Assembly: GCA_951406725.2 (NCBI GenBank)
Contig: OX597838.1
Span: 21,204,001 to 21,268,000 of the forward strand
Direction of reading: 5' to 3'
Length of the DNA: 64,000 bases
Origin: Octopus vulgaris
Lineage: Eukaryota
The stretch's first letter is position 1; every line of letters begins with the position of its first letter. A program made the position numbers and the translations under genes. Under the pieces are notes generated by a model that was not told the origin of the DNA, did no database searches, and saw only the letters and a program-made list of their open reading frames with translations. This document shows positions 50,401-64,000 of the stretch, in pieces.

Positions 50401-52585
50401 TTCATGCTATTGTTGTTATCGTCGTCACTGCAGCAATGAAATTCAATTAAATTAATATTTTCCACGCCTGACACTTGTATGTCTATTTTCAAAGAGTTTG
50501 TTTGTCCTTTGCCTTGGGTTCAGTGAATCATCTGTTTTCTTGTGGGAGAGAGATAGGAGTGTTTTTGTATTCTCTTGACGTCATTATCGGTCCGGCTGAA
50601 CCAAAAATAAACGATTAAAAGCATATACTAAACTGCTGAAATAAACTTCAGATAAAGTGTTTTTTCTATAAACAGAAGTTATTATAAAATATAATTGCTT
50701 TCTAACATGGTTAATGCGTGTTAGAATATTAATGCTGTCTATTGTAAAATTAGGTGTTGACTTTCACAAGAATATTCTTTTCTACTCTAGGCACAAGGCT
50801 CGAAATTTTGGGGGAGGAGGCCAGTCGATTAGATCTACCCCAGTATGCAAATGATACTTAATTTGAGTCTGAAAGGACGAAAGGCAAAGTTGACCTCTTT
50901 CAAAAAATATTAATGCAGTCTATTGTAAAATATTAATTCGTACATTTGAACTAGGTGTTAGCAGTCATTGACATCTTGGTTATGCCGAAAAAACCCCAAA
51001 AATATTCATTAGAATTTGTCTTTCAAATAGAGTGAGAGTGTATTAAATACGAGCTCACATATTTGAGAACAGCATTAGATATGTAAAAACATCGGTACCA
51101 ATCTCTTCCTCAATCAACACGTCGTAGCTACGTTTTCCCTCTTTCTCCAGTTCATTTAGTTTAACCCTTTAGTGTTTAAACCGGCCGTGGAGGCGCAATG
51201 GCCTAGTGGTTAGGGCAGCGGACTTGCGGTCGGAGGATCGCGGTTTCGATTCCCAGACCGGGCGTTGTGTGTGTTTATTGAGCGAAAACACCTAAAAGCT
51301 AAAAAAAAATACCAGGCCAAAATTGTCTTCCTGTTTTATGCTCAAACCAGCCAGCTCTGACCTCTCACACCTACCCTTCAAAGTCATTCTAAAAATAAAC
51401 AGGGACATCATCAAAATCCCAGAGTTACAAGATGCTGTACAACTAATTTAAAACAATGCAATTAAACAGGCTTTACATTTGACAGAGTAATCTGAATGCT
51501 AAAAGGTTAATCTGCCTCTTGTTGGGCAAACAACTTTGAACTTCAATGCAATGTGGGGAAAGATGGTCTCCTCTCCACATTATTTTTTACTTATTTTTCT
51601 CTCCTGTCATTGCACGTAGCGAAAACCTAATGCACCTAAAAAGCGCACACGAGTATTTCGGGAATGAACGTGGTATGCTGCATCCCTTGTCATGTGGATA
51701 GGTTACCATATTTAAATACACTTGTCATCATCAATACTGTGAAGGTGCATGGCTCAGTGGTTAGAACGTCAATCATGAGGTTGTGAGCTCGAATCCCGGA
51801 CCAGGCTGCATGTTGTGTTCTTGAGCAAGACACTTTATTTCACATTGCTCCAGTTCACTCAGCTGTAGAAATGAGTTGCGACGTCACGGGTGCCAAGCTG
51901 TATCGGCCTTTGCCTTTCCTTTGGACAACATTGGTGGCGTGGAGAGGGGAGGCCGGTATGCATGGGCGACTGCTGGTCTTCCATAAACCACCTTGCCCAG
52001 ACTTGTGACTAGGAGGGTAACTTTCTAGGTGCAATCCCATGGTCAGTGTCGTGACCGAAGGGGGTCCCGTCCCGTCCCATCATCAATACTCTATCTTTTG
52101 AATGTGTCTTACGTTGTGGGTTCAAATGCCACCAGGGTTGACTTCCAGAGTCGATAACATAAGTACTAGTTGAGTACTGGGATCAATGTAGTCGAAACTG
52201 CTAACCTTGTATCAAAATTTAAAACCAGTATTATCATCATCATCATCATCATCATCATTTTCATCATTTAGCATCCGCTTTCCATGCTAGCATGGGTTGG
52301 ACGGTTCAACTGGGGTCTGGGAGGCCAGAAGGCTGCACCAGGCCCAGTCTGATCTGGCAATGTTTCTATGGCTGGATGCCCTTCCTAACGCCAACCACTC
52401 CGTGAGTGTAGTGGGTGCTTTTTACGTGCCACTGGCACGGGGGCCAGGCGAGGCTGGCAATGGCCACGTTCGGATTGTTTGCTTACGTGCCACCGGCACT
52501 AGTATCACAGCTACATTTGTCATGATGTCATTTCTAAACTGAATGCATCGATTTCATCACTGTTAGTCCATTTTTATGACTTTTA

Positions 52586-53146
52586 TTGGGCTGTCCGGAA
52601 AGTCCGTGCCAATTTATAGTAGTTTACCTTTTGACTTATTTTAGAACATGATTGACTCCGTAAAATAGGATTTGACTACACCTCCATTCAGAGCACAGTT
52701 TAAGCTATCTTTTCATGAAATAAGGTTTATGTTCCTATAATCTGTGTTAATTCTGTAACCCTTTACAATGGAAGAGAAGAAAGTTCATTTTCGGCACTTG
52801 ATGCTTTGGGAACCAGACAAAAATTGCTGCAGCTCGGCTGGGATGTGTTACCCCACCCTCCATATTCACCAGATATTGCTCCTTCGGATTTCCACTTATT
52901 CATGTCTCTGCAGAATAGTTTTAATGGTAAAAATTTCAAATCCTTGGATGACATAAAAAGATACCTTGATGAATTCTCTGCCATGAAACCACCTCATTTC
53001 TGAGGGTATTTTCAAGTTAAAGGAACGATAGAGACACATTGTGCAACAAAATGGTTCATATTTGGTTGATTAAAAATGTAATGGCAAGTATTTATTGACC
53101 TTTTTCTTTCCTTTAAAAATCGGCATGAACTTTCCGGACTATCCAA
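52586..53146 (+). mobile_element. Internally deleted mariner element with both TIRs and TA TSD
   Basis: TA|TTGGGCTGTCCGGAAAGTCCGTGCC ... GGCATGAACTTTCCGGACTATCCAA|TA; MEEKKVHFRHLML joined to LGWDVLPHPPYSPDIAPSDFHLF. Confidence 0.92.
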
Positions 53147-53577
53147 TACTTTTTTCAAATCTGTTCTACTATTTTGTTCACAAATTTGTTTTGACTGGGA
53201 AGGAGAATGAATTTATTTATGTTGGTACAACCACAATTGAAAAATTTGAAGTGTATGTTTGAAGTTAAGACTGCTATGACCACTGTGAACAGCGCCTCTT
53301 CCCACTACCACGAAGTAGCTGCTTTGAATACAAATAAACAATTTGAAAGGACGTTTCTTGTTACAGGGTTGTCAGATAAATTCGTTCGTGTCTTTTCCTA
53401 CAATTTTTATTTCTACAATGTTTATTTCTACATAGGCGTAGGAATGGCTGTGTGGTAAGTAGTTTGCTTATGAACCATTCCGGGTTCAGTCCCACTGTGT
53501 GGCACCTTGGCCAAGTGTCTTCTACTATAGCCTTGTGAGTGGATTTGGTAGACGGAAACTGAAAGAAGCCTGTCATA

Positions 53578-53639
<62 letters not shown>

Positions 53640-56631
53640 CATGTGTGTGTGTGTCTGTGTTTGTCCCCCCAACATGGCTTGACAATCGATGCTGGTGTGT
53701 TTACATCCCCGTAACTAGTGGTTTGGCAAAACAGACCGATAGAATAAGTACTAGGCTTACAAAGAATAAGTCCTGGGGGCAATTTGTTTGACTAAAGGCG
53801 GTGCTCCAGCATGGCTGCAGTCAAATGACTGAAACAAGTAAAAGAGTAAAAGAGAGAGAGAGAGAGATTATTATTATTATTGTTATTATTATCATATTTA
53901 AGGTGGCAAGCTGGCAGAATTGTTAGCATGCTGGGCGAAATGCTTAGTTGTATTTCATCTGCCACTATGTTCTGAGTTCAAATTCCACTGAGGTCGACTT
54001 TACCTTTCATCCTTTCAGGGTCAATAAATCAAGTACCAGTTGAGTACTGGGGTTGATGTGATCAACTGTCCCTCCCCCCACAAAATCCAGGCCTTGTGCC
54101 TATTGTAGTTGGTGTATTAAGGTAGACACATCTATGAATAACATGCTGTTATTTATAGACATGTCTGCCTTGATACTACAACTACCAAAAAAATATAATC
54201 AAAAAACAAAGCAAAAAAACACACAATTAGGCACAGATGTGGCTGTGTGGTAAGAAGCTTGCTTAATAAAGGCACAATGGCCCAGTGGTTAAGGCAGCGG
54301 ACTCACGATTATAGGATCACGGTTTCAATTTCCAGACCAGGTATTGTGAGTGTTTATTAAATGAAAATACCTAAAGCTCCACAAGGCTCTGGCAGGGGAT
54401 ATTGGTAAAAAAAAAAAAAGAAGAAAGGCGGTGAGCTGGTAGAAATGCTTAGCAGTATTTCGTTTGCTGCTATATGTTCTGAGTTCAAATTCCACCGAGG
54501 TTGACTTTGTCTTTCATCCTTTCGGGGTCGATTAAATAAGTACCAATTAATCCGTTTGTCTGTCCCTTTTTGTCCCTTCTGTGTGTAGCCCCTTGTGGGC
54601 AGTAAAGAAATAAGAAGCTTGCTTCATAACAACATGGTCCTGGGTTCAGTCCTGCTGCATTGCACCTTGGGCAAGCCTCTACTACTCTAACCTTGGGTCA
54701 ACCAGGACTTTGTGAGTGGATTTGACAGACAGAAACTGAAAGAAGCCTATTGTGTATATGTGTGTACACGTGTGTCTTTGTGTCTGTGTTTGTCCCTAAA
54801 AACCACTTGACAACCAGTTTTGGTGCTTTTTATGTTCCCATAATTTAAAGGTTCAGCAAAAGATACCGATGGAATTAGCACCAGGCTTTAAAAGAAAAAA
54901 TACAGGGATCAATCCAATACTCAATTGGAACTTGATTTATTGACCCTGAAAGGATATTATTAGGAATTTTAATGAAAAAATTTCTTATATAGGCGCAGGA
55001 GTGGCTGTGTGGTATGTAGCTTGCTAACCAACCACATGGTTCCGGGTTCAGTCCCACTGCGTGGCATCTTGGGCAAGTGTCTTCTGCTATAGCCCCGGGC
55101 CAACCAATGCCTTGTGAGTGGATTTGGTAGACGGAAACTGAAAGAAGCCTGTCGTATATATGTATATATATATATGTATGTGTGTGTGTTTGTGTGTATG
55201 TGTTTGTCCCCCTAGCATTGCTTGACAACCAATGCTGGTGTGCTTACGTCCCCGTCACTTAGCGGTTCGGCAAAAGAGACTGATAGAATAAGTACTGGGC
55301 TTACAAAGAATAAGTCCCGGGGTCGATTTGCTCGACTAAAGGCGGTGCTCCAGCATGGCCGCAGTCAAATGACTGAAACAAGTAAAAGAGTAAAGAGTAA
55401 GAGTATATGGACCCTCAAGGGCCATATGGACTCCCAAGGGTCACATAGACCCCTGTTGAGAACCATGGTTCTACATGAACAGATGAAACTGTAAAACCAT
55501 ACCAGAAACAACTGAACAAACAAACAAATTCTACACCAAAGCAAAACTGATGCAGTGCTATATTCAGCCACAAGCCTACATTTCCCCTCCAATACCCCCC
55601 CCAAAAAAAAATCAATGTCATACACACCTTGACATACTTAGTGATAGAATAGAAATACTATAATGACTTAGCAGCTTTCTGGCCCCTTTTTCCCTTCTAT
55701 AAGGGTTTTACCTGATCCTCCAAGTTATTTTCACGGCTATTATCCTTCGTTCAGGATTTCCTTGATTTCTAAAATACCAGTCACTTGACGCTTCAGTGTC
55801 ATCATCATCATCATCACCATCTGTTAATGTCTGTAGTCCTTACTGGCATGGGTTGGATGGTCTGACCAGAGCTGGTAAGCTGAGGGGCTGCACCAGGCTC
55901 CTGTCTGATTTGGCACAGTTTCTACAGCTGGATACCCTTCTTAATGCCAACCACTTTACAGAGTGTGCTGGGTGGTTTTACATGGCGCCACGCAAGCGCT
56001 TATATGTGGCACTGGCACGAGTGCCTTTTACGTGGCACTGGCACATGACTCTTGCAGACCAGTCCTCTTTACCAGTGGGAATGGCCTTAACACTTCTGCT
56101 ACAGAGGGCGGGTCTTCTTGAGTCCTCAATGTTCGTTTATGTAATTGTCCTCACATTCCAAAACCTATTATCTAGATTTATAAAAGACAAGATCTGTTAT
56201 CAGGGGTCATTTAGCTCAACAGCACTGAGCACTCAGTTGGAATTTGAGGGGTACTGAGTTTGATTCTCTGTAGCAGCTAGCTGGCCCTTTTTTCTGTCTA
56301 CAGGGGAGCACTGGGTATTCTTTTTAACTATCCACTGAAACACTGTATAAAAGCAATATGTTTAGTCCACTCAAATACATACAAGATTTCTTAAACTCTG
56401 TAAGTATGAAGGGGCACTAGAAACATCCTGGTATTAAGGGTATCATGAAAGGCCTGGTTGGTGGCCCAATCGTCAGGGTTCTTTTAAGGGCTTAAAAAAC
56501 TGAAGGAGCACTGCAATGATTATGAGAATCTGAGAGAGGAATATGTTGAATAAAATCATAATTAATTGATCCGCCTGTATTTTCTTTTACCCAAAGTCAG
56601 GAACTTTTCAACACCTTTCATACGTACATAC

Positions 56632-56672
<41 letters not shown>

Positions 56673-56819
56673 ATCATTATTCATATATAATGCTATACTG
56701 TAATAACTAGAGTAAATATAAAAATTTCAGTGAACCATTGAAAAACACTTTGTTTTTCTGTACAATATCCTCAAGTTCCTCAAGTTCACACACACAATCA
56801 TCATCATCATCACCACCAC

Positions 56820-57830
56820 CACCACCTTCTTCTTCTTCTTCTAACACCCGTTTTCCATGCTGACATGGGTTGGATGGTTGGACATGAAGCTATCCAGCCG
56901 GGGTAACTGTCCAAACTCCACTTCTCTGTTGAGGCATAGTTTCCACACCTGGATGCCCTTCCTAATGCCAACCACTTAACAGAATGTGCTGGGTGCCTTT
57001 TACATGCCACTGGCACGGGTGTGTTTACACAGCACCAGCACAGGTGCATTTCATGTGACACCAGCACCTACAAAGGACAAACCCGTATGTTGGGAAGACA
57101 CCGATTTTATTCAGCTTGACATGTCTTCTCAAGTACAGCAAATACCCACAACTCCCAGTCCCTCGTCATTTCCTCAGTGAGGCCCAGCATCCAAAGACCC
57201 TTTCTCACCACTTTGTCCCACATCTTCCTTGGTCTACCTCTTCCACAAGTACCCTCCTCAATTAGAGCATGCTACTTCTTTATGCAGGTATCCTCATCCA
57301 TACACATCACATGACCAAACCAGTGCAGTCTTCTCTCTAGCACACAACATCTGATGCCTCTTATACCTTGTTTCCCTCTTAAATCATTTAGACTTTGTCA
57401 TATGTGCATGCAGACATTGCCCACCCAGTGGAGCAAGCTAGTTTCATTTCTTTCAAGCCTTCACAAGTCCTCTGTAGTCAACACCCATGTTTCACTGCCA
57501 TGTAACATAGCTATACATACACAGGCATCATACAATCTGCCTTTCACTCTGAAGGAGAGGCCTTTAGTTACCAACAAAGGCAGAAGCTCTCTGAACTTTG
57601 CTCAGCCCATTCTTATTCTAGCAGCTACACTTTCAGAACTTCCTCCTTCACTGCTCGCTGCATCTCCCAAGTAACAGAAGCTATCTACTACTTCAAATTA
57701 TTCCCCTGAGCATTATTAGTGTTTATTGTACCCGCACAGTGGCCACACACAAAGACTATTTTCTCTCTTAATTTTCCTGTGAAGTCACTGCACCTCTTAT
57801 GTGTCCAAAGCTTGCACTCGGTACAACATA
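56820..57830 (-). mobile_element. Decayed RTE/RTE-X-type LINE 3' region; its 3' UTR/(GAT)n tail is shared with many short dispersed copies (e.g. 10570-10750, 23073-23260, 35404-35590, 38220-38490, 52250-52500)
   Basis: SICCTECKLWTHKRCS, YLGD, AKFRELLPLL, LHGSETW motifs; tail ggacgttaaacgatgatg-like. Confidence 0.78.
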
Positions 57831-57834
57831 TGGA

Positions 57835-57872
<38 letters not shown>

Positions 57873-59617
57873 ATATATACATATGTATATATCTACATAT
57901 TATATATATATATTTAAATATGTAGATATATACATATGTAGATATACATATATATATATAATATAAATATATCTTATGAATATATAAATTTATATTCCAC
58001 TTCCAGTCACTTCAGTAACTACACACATGCTGTTAGGGATTTTTCTTCCTTCTTTGGACCTTTCCCATTTCCCTTTTTTCTTTCCAGCTGTGCAGGGAAC
58101 ATAAAAAACGCTCTCTGTTTTTCTGAGTGTCAAACTAATACATTCCATTTGCATGTCCTCTTGCTGTTTGCTATTGCTATTTTTAATGTTGATTTATTCT
58201 ATTTGACTATACGTCGACAATTCATTTCCACCCAGTTTAGCAATTCTGTCTTCAAAATCAATGAGTGTTTTGTTATAGATTTCATTGCTGATACCCTCCA
58301 TGTCAGGATAGAGCAGTTGAGCTTGTTGCTGAAGGGGACAATGTTTTTGAGATTCCGGTTCGAATGTAAGGCAGGTTTGAAAGTGTTCCCAACAGTTATT
58401 AGTTGTAGTGGTAGAGTGTTTATGCCGAATATGTACGTATGCATGTATATATATATGTATGTATGCCTGTATATATGTACAAAATCCACTGAGAAGGCTT
58501 TTGTTGGTCTGAAGCTACAGCAGAAGACACATGCCAAGTCACTACACAGTGGGACTGAACCCAGGACCATGAGTTTGGAACGTAGTTTGTTACCACACAG
58601 CCACACCTGCCCCTATGTATGTATGTGTGTGTGTGCGTATGTGTGTGTGGGTAGATATATTATGCATGTATATATGTGTATATATGTGTACATATTACAT
58701 GTACATCTATATACATACATCTACACATGAAATACAAAATACAAAGTTATATCTTGATATCACTAGTGATAACAATACTCAAAATATATAACAGACTGGA
58801 ATTGTAGGCCCGTCTCTTGCAATTTCGATCAATTGGATCTTGTCCTCTCTCTTGTATAGAAGTGTACGGCTGCAGCGAAATTCATCTTAGGACTTTCTTC
58901 TATCAAAGGCATTTTAACAAAAACACTTCCGTAAAGACGGTGAAAATATTGTCAATTTCCCCAAACAGGGACACAATTCCATTTTTAAACAATAACCAAA
59001 GCCCCTTCTCCAAAAGCAGGAGGGTTATGGTTTACAATTATTTAACAAATGCAACACAACGTTTCCCTGGCGAGGAACCAACAAACGTGATTACAATAGT
59101 CAAACAGTAATAATAATAACAACAAACCTTTTTAATTTATCCCCATTTATGTGAAACCACTTATTCAAGTTCAAGTCATTGATGCAATTTTATACGAATT
59201 GCTAATACACACACACACACATACATAATAAGGGTGAAAAATTGAATATTAATTTGATTAATATGAATTGAAAACCAGTGATGTAGCATATAAGACCATA
59301 GTGGATCTTCCTCTAGCAATAATATATATAATACTTTCACTTTAATAGTTTCACACTTGCAAAGAGAAAGTAGGAGAAAGTGTGGTGGTAATAGCAGGAG
59401 TAAACCACTTGAAATGAGAGAGGCAAATCGTAAAATATTGAGTTTTCTCGAATTTTTGGTTAATTGGGGGTCAAATTGAAAAAACTTTATATGCCATGAC
59501 CCAATGGAATCTACTTGGAAAAATCATAGGTAAATTCCAATTGAAGAAATTCTATATTGTAGAATTGTATTAAAAAGGAACATGGTAACAGGCAGAGAAA
59601 ATCTGCCTTTTATCATA

Positions 59618-59670
<53 letters not shown>

Positions 59671-60142
59671 CATAAATATATATATACATACATATATATA
59701 TATATTCTTTTACTTGTTTCAGTCATTTGACTGTGGCCATGCTGGAGTACTGCCTTTTAGTCGAAGAAATTGATTCCCAGACTTATTTTTTGTAAGCCTG
59801 GTGCTTATGCTATTGGTCTCTTATGCTAAACCAATAAGTTACAGGGACATAAACACACCAGCATCAGTTGTCAAGTGATGTTGGAAGAACACATACACAA
59901 ACACACATACATAAATATATACATACATATATGTATACGACAGGCTTCTTTCAGTTTCTATCTACCAAATCCACTCACAAGGCTTTGGTTGGCCCGAGAC
60001 TCTAGTAGAAGACACTTGCTCAAGTTGCCAAGCAGTGGGACTGAATCTGGAACCATGGGGTTGGGAAGCAAGCTTCTTACCCCACAGCCACACCTGCGCA
60101 TATATATTTATACATATGTGTATGTGTTTATGTGTGTGTGTT

Positions 60143-60187
<45 letters not shown>

Positions 60188-60200
60188 ACATTCTGCCTAT

Positions 60201-60416
60201 ATGTCTGTGCACACCTTTCCATGCAATGTATGTCAGAAGGTCTGCAAATCTAACGGATGCTTCAAAAGACATTTTAAGATCCACAAAGATCAGAACTTAA
60301 CTGCAGCTCTTGGGAATCCAAAGCAGATATGCAATCTATGTGGATGTCTTTTCAAAACATTATTTGGTTTAAAAAGCCACGTCAGATGCCATGATGGTTC
60401 TAAAGGTACGTGTTAA
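60201..60416 (+). other. Short ORF with two C2H2 zinc fingers, probably a LINE (RTE-type) ORF C-terminus
   Basis: CNVC-x12-HFKIH and CNLC-x12-HVRCH; no TGEKP linker; GLKSHVR resembles RTE terminal fingers. Confidence 0.6.
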
Positions 60417-60424
60417 ATGGGAAT

Positions 60425-60746
60425 GAACGCAGGTGTTATTCAAATTATTTTACTTTCGACATATGTTTCAAAGACAACATTGGTTTTATTCCAGAGGAAT
60501 AAATGGTGTAAAATAATGTAATCTTCTCATCAGAAAGAAAGAGAACCCATCTCAACAACAAGACATTATAACAATTTTGATGACTGCATAATTGATGAAC
60601 AGAATGCTATTAAGTATTTAAGACTCTCTTTCTTTCCTGATGAGAAGATTACATTATTTTACACCATTTATTCCTTTGGAATAAAACCAATGTTGTCATT
60701 GAAACATATGTCGAAAGTAAAATAATTTGAATAACATCTGCGTTCA
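60425..60746. repeat. Inverted repeat (~120-bp arms), each arm carrying a hammerhead motif; Penelope-like pseudo-LTR arrangement
   Basis: 60425-60544 is the reverse complement of 60626-60746 with few mismatches. Confidence 0.88.
60632..60717 (+). ncRNA. Type I hammerhead ribozyme motif with intact core; predicted cleavage after GUC (C60712)
   Basis: CUUUC-CUGAUGA-[GAAGAUUACAUU...AAUGUUGUCAUU]-GAAA-CAUAUG-UC-GAAAG. Confidence 0.65.
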
Positions 60747-60799
60747 ACTCCATTTATTTACTTATACTATACAAATTACTGTACATTAACCCGGAGTTT

Positions 60800-61774
60800 C
60801 TACCTTTGCCACAAGCATTCAGGTCAGGGTCAAATAGCCTTCCCACTGCTGTCATTCGTGAAACAACCTACGACACTCAAGCGCTTTCAAAGTACATTGT
60901 TGAAAATGAGCCTAAATTACTTCCGGACCAGCTGCAGGCCTACAGAACTATTCTTAACAGTGTACGCCAACACGAGGGACGAATCTTCTTCCTCGATGAT
61001 CCTGGAGGGACAGGAAAAACATTTATTACAAAGCTTCTCCTTGCAGAAGTTAGGTAGTATCAGGACATTGCAGTAGCTGTAGCCTCCTCCGGCACTATAC
61101 ACACTTACAAGTCTGTTGATACAATTCCAGACATAAATGAAGTTGTGAACTATCCTCCTGAATTTCTCAATTCACTGGAGCCTCCTCAACTACCTCCACA
61201 CATATTACCACTTAAAGTTGGAACTCCTGTAATGCTACTCCGCAATCTGGAACCACCAAGACTTTGCAATGGAACACGACTGGTGATAAAGAAAATGATA
61301 TTACACGTTATCGAGGCGATCATTCTTTCTGGATGACGTCTTTATTCCAAGATTTCCTCTTACTCCATCAGGAGCAGAAATTCCATTTGCATTCAGAAGA
61401 CTGCAATTCACCCTTCGTGTCAGCTTTGCCATGTCCATTAACAAATCTCAGGGTCAAACCCTCTCTGTAGCTGGTCTTCTCTTGGAAGAGCCCTGCTTCT
61501 CGCATAGGCAACTGTATGCTGGCTGCTCAAGAGTAGGAACCAAAAGAAACCTTTTTGTATATGCTCCACAAGGAAAAACAAGGAACATTGTTTACAATGA
61601 GGTGTTATAATCTCAACAGCCAGGAGGTATATACAAACTTCATGTACTTTCATGTATTTATATTAATATACATATATTGTTTGTGTGTGTGTGTGTATCC
61701 ATATATATATATATAACAGAAAAGTCTAACTCTTCTATTGAATGTAACCGGGCAACGCTGGGTATCTCTGCTAG
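60800..61774 (+). mobile_element. Helitron 3' part: decayed PIF1-like helicase with intact 3' terminus
   Basis: [53 protein letters not shown]; terminal CCGGGCAACGCTGGG hairpin and CTAG|T at 61771-61774. Confidence 0.92.
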
Positions 61775-62127
61775 TATATATATATATATATATGCGCAGA
61801 GACAGAAATAATCGGACTGAATACCCGATCACGCAGTTAAACCATTGGGAGTGAAGAACTCCTAGCCTTTGTTAGGGCATCCTTCTAGGAGAAGGTAACT
61901 CAGATAACTGGGATAACTCCGACATAAAACCTGCGGCTCAGTGGTTACCGATGATGTTGACTTGTTCTTCTTTTTGGATTATGGCTGCTGTTGCTTAGTG
62001 AGTGGGATTGATTCAGTGCACAGCCTTTCCTCACTTTAAAAAAATCTTCTTGCACAGACATCGCCCGATAACGACATTAATTAAGATTCGTGCAATGGCC
62101 ATACTCGATAACGAGGGGGCAGCCACC

Positions 62128-62171
<44 letters not shown>

Positions 62172-62400
62172 TTTGTAGAAGGAGCTTCTATAGAACTAGG
62201 ACTGTTTCATTCAAAAGAAATCATCAGTACCTTATTTACTGTGGTTAACCCCGACTCAACCCGGGACCTACATATATATATATATATATGTGTGTGTGTG
62301 TATACAAATATCTATATCTATCTATCTATCTATCTATATATATATATATATATATATGCTAGCATGGAAAGCGGACGTTAAACGATGATGATGATGATGA

Positions 62401-62438
<38 letters not shown>

Positions 62439-63161
62439 GTATACATAAATCTACATGTGTGTGTGTATGTGTGTAATGACTGAAGTAAGTAATATATATA
62501 TATATATATATATATGACTGCGGCCATGCTGGGGCACTGCTTTGAAGGGTTTTAGTTGAGAAAATCAACACAAAGGCTTATGTTTTAATGCCTAACACTA
62601 TTCTATTGGCTTTTGTTGCCAAACAACTAAGTTGCAGGGATGTAAACACACCAACATTGGTTGTCAAGTGGTGGTGGGGTACAAACACAGACCACAAAGA
62701 CACACAAACATAGATATAAACATATATATATACATACATATATATATATAAATACATATACGATGGGCTTCTTCCAGCTTCCATCTATCAAATCTACTCA
62801 CAAGGCTTTGGTTGGCCTGAGGCTACAGTAGAAGATACCTGCTTAAGAGGGTACCACACAGTGGGAATGAACTCTGAAGCATGAGGTTGGGAAGCAAGCT
62901 TCTTACCACACAGCCACACCTGCGCCTATATATATATATATATATAAATATAAAGTTAATCCAAATCAGAAAACACAAAAATACACAACGCGAGGACGTG
63001 GAACAAATATAGTATTATTGGATGCTCAGGAAAGAAGGAAAGAAGGAAAGAAGGAGGGTTTAATGTTTCGAGCGGAGCTCTTCGTCGGAAACATAGGAGA
63101 AGGAAAGATCCATAGAAGGGAAGACAGAGGAAAAAACATCGCCAACATATATATATATGTG

Positions 63162-63196
<35 letters not shown>

Positions 63197-63702
63197 TCAT
63201 CATCATCATCATCATCATTTAACGTCCGTTTTCCCTGCTAGCATGGGTATATAAATATATATATAAAGAGAGAGAGAGGGAGAGACAGACAGACAGAGAT
63301 CTGATGAGAACTCAGTAAGGTTCAAAAGCTAATAATTTTTTCAAACTACAGAGGAATCATTAAGTTTATGATATTCCTATATAGCGACTGTATAGGTCAG
63401 CTTACATATGAGTGTATGTATGTATGTGTGTGTGTGTGTGTGTGTGTGTCTTTGTTTATGTTTGTCACCCCAGACATTGCTTGACAACTGACACTGATGT
63501 GTTTGTGCCCTCATAACTTAGCAGTTCAACAGAAGATACCGATGGAATCAGTACTAGGATCACGAAGAATAAGTCCTAAGGCTGATTTCTTCAACTAAAA
63601 ACCTCTTTAACATGGTGTTCCAGCATGGCCACAATCAGATGACTGAAACAGGTAAAAGAATAAAAGGAGAAAAATAAAATAAATATATATGTATGTATAT
63701 AC

Positions 63703-63740
<38 letters not shown>

Positions 63741-63874
63741 ATTTAATATATATACAAATATATATGTATTTATATCTATATATGTGAAAATATATATATA
63801 TACACACACACATATATATATTTATGTATATGTATATATATATACATGTATATATGTATGTATATCTATCTATC

Positions 63875-63920
<46 letters not shown>

Positions 63921-64000
63921 CAGACATATATGTATGTGTATATACATGTGTATGCATGTATGGGTGTGTTTAATAAATGGTAACACATGAAACTCTCACC

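Noticed and set aside
46640-51110. Signal-peptide first exon candidates (near 46700, 48500, 49450, 51070)
   Set aside because: None combines an ATG, a hydrophobic stretch and a convincing phase-1 donor without a stop.
58149-59110. Coding exons or Penelope GIY-YIG fragments
   Set aside because: No recognisable intact motif or consistent splice structure; left unassigned.
60806-61610. Host PIF1 helicase gene
   Set aside because: Stops, frameshifts, a large internal deletion and a Helitron hairpin-CTAG terminus indicate a transposon relic.
61800-62130. HDV-like ribozyme in RTE 5'-UTR-like segments (also 40200-40490, 41530-41775, 42950-43100)
   Set aside because: I could not establish the nested double pseudoknot by eye; it needs a motif search.

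Overview
AT-rich, microsatellite- and SINE-dense eukaryotic genomic DNA. The tRNA-derived SINE families and repeat landscape look like octopus/coleoid cephalopod; that assignment is an inference. The window holds one long minus-strand, multi-exon gene, partial at both ends. I reconstructed 14 intact exons with all-phase-1 introns (45958->190, 2145 nt, 715 codons, stop-free across junctions) plus one frameshifted exon copy. The product is a MEGF10/Draper-like extracellular protein: EGF - degenerate F-type-lectin-like domain - EGF - F-type lectin domain - at least 8 tandem 138-nt EGF exons. Introns and the upstream 18 kb contain several SINE families, LINE fragments (RTE, CR1, R4/Dong-like), a Ty3/gypsy remnant, mariner and piggyBac-type MITEs, Helitrons and tandem repeats. 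Highlights: about 13 minimal hammerhead-ribozyme-like motifs, including a tRNA-headed SINE-like element carrying a hammerhead and Penelope-like inverted ends; a frameshifted EGF exon with an internal perfect donor that would leave a 12-nt in-frame microexon; a GC-AG intron; near-identical inverted SINEs tightly flanking two symmetric exons; and a near-perfect 104-bp foldback. All coordinates were counted by hand; repeat boundaries are approximate.
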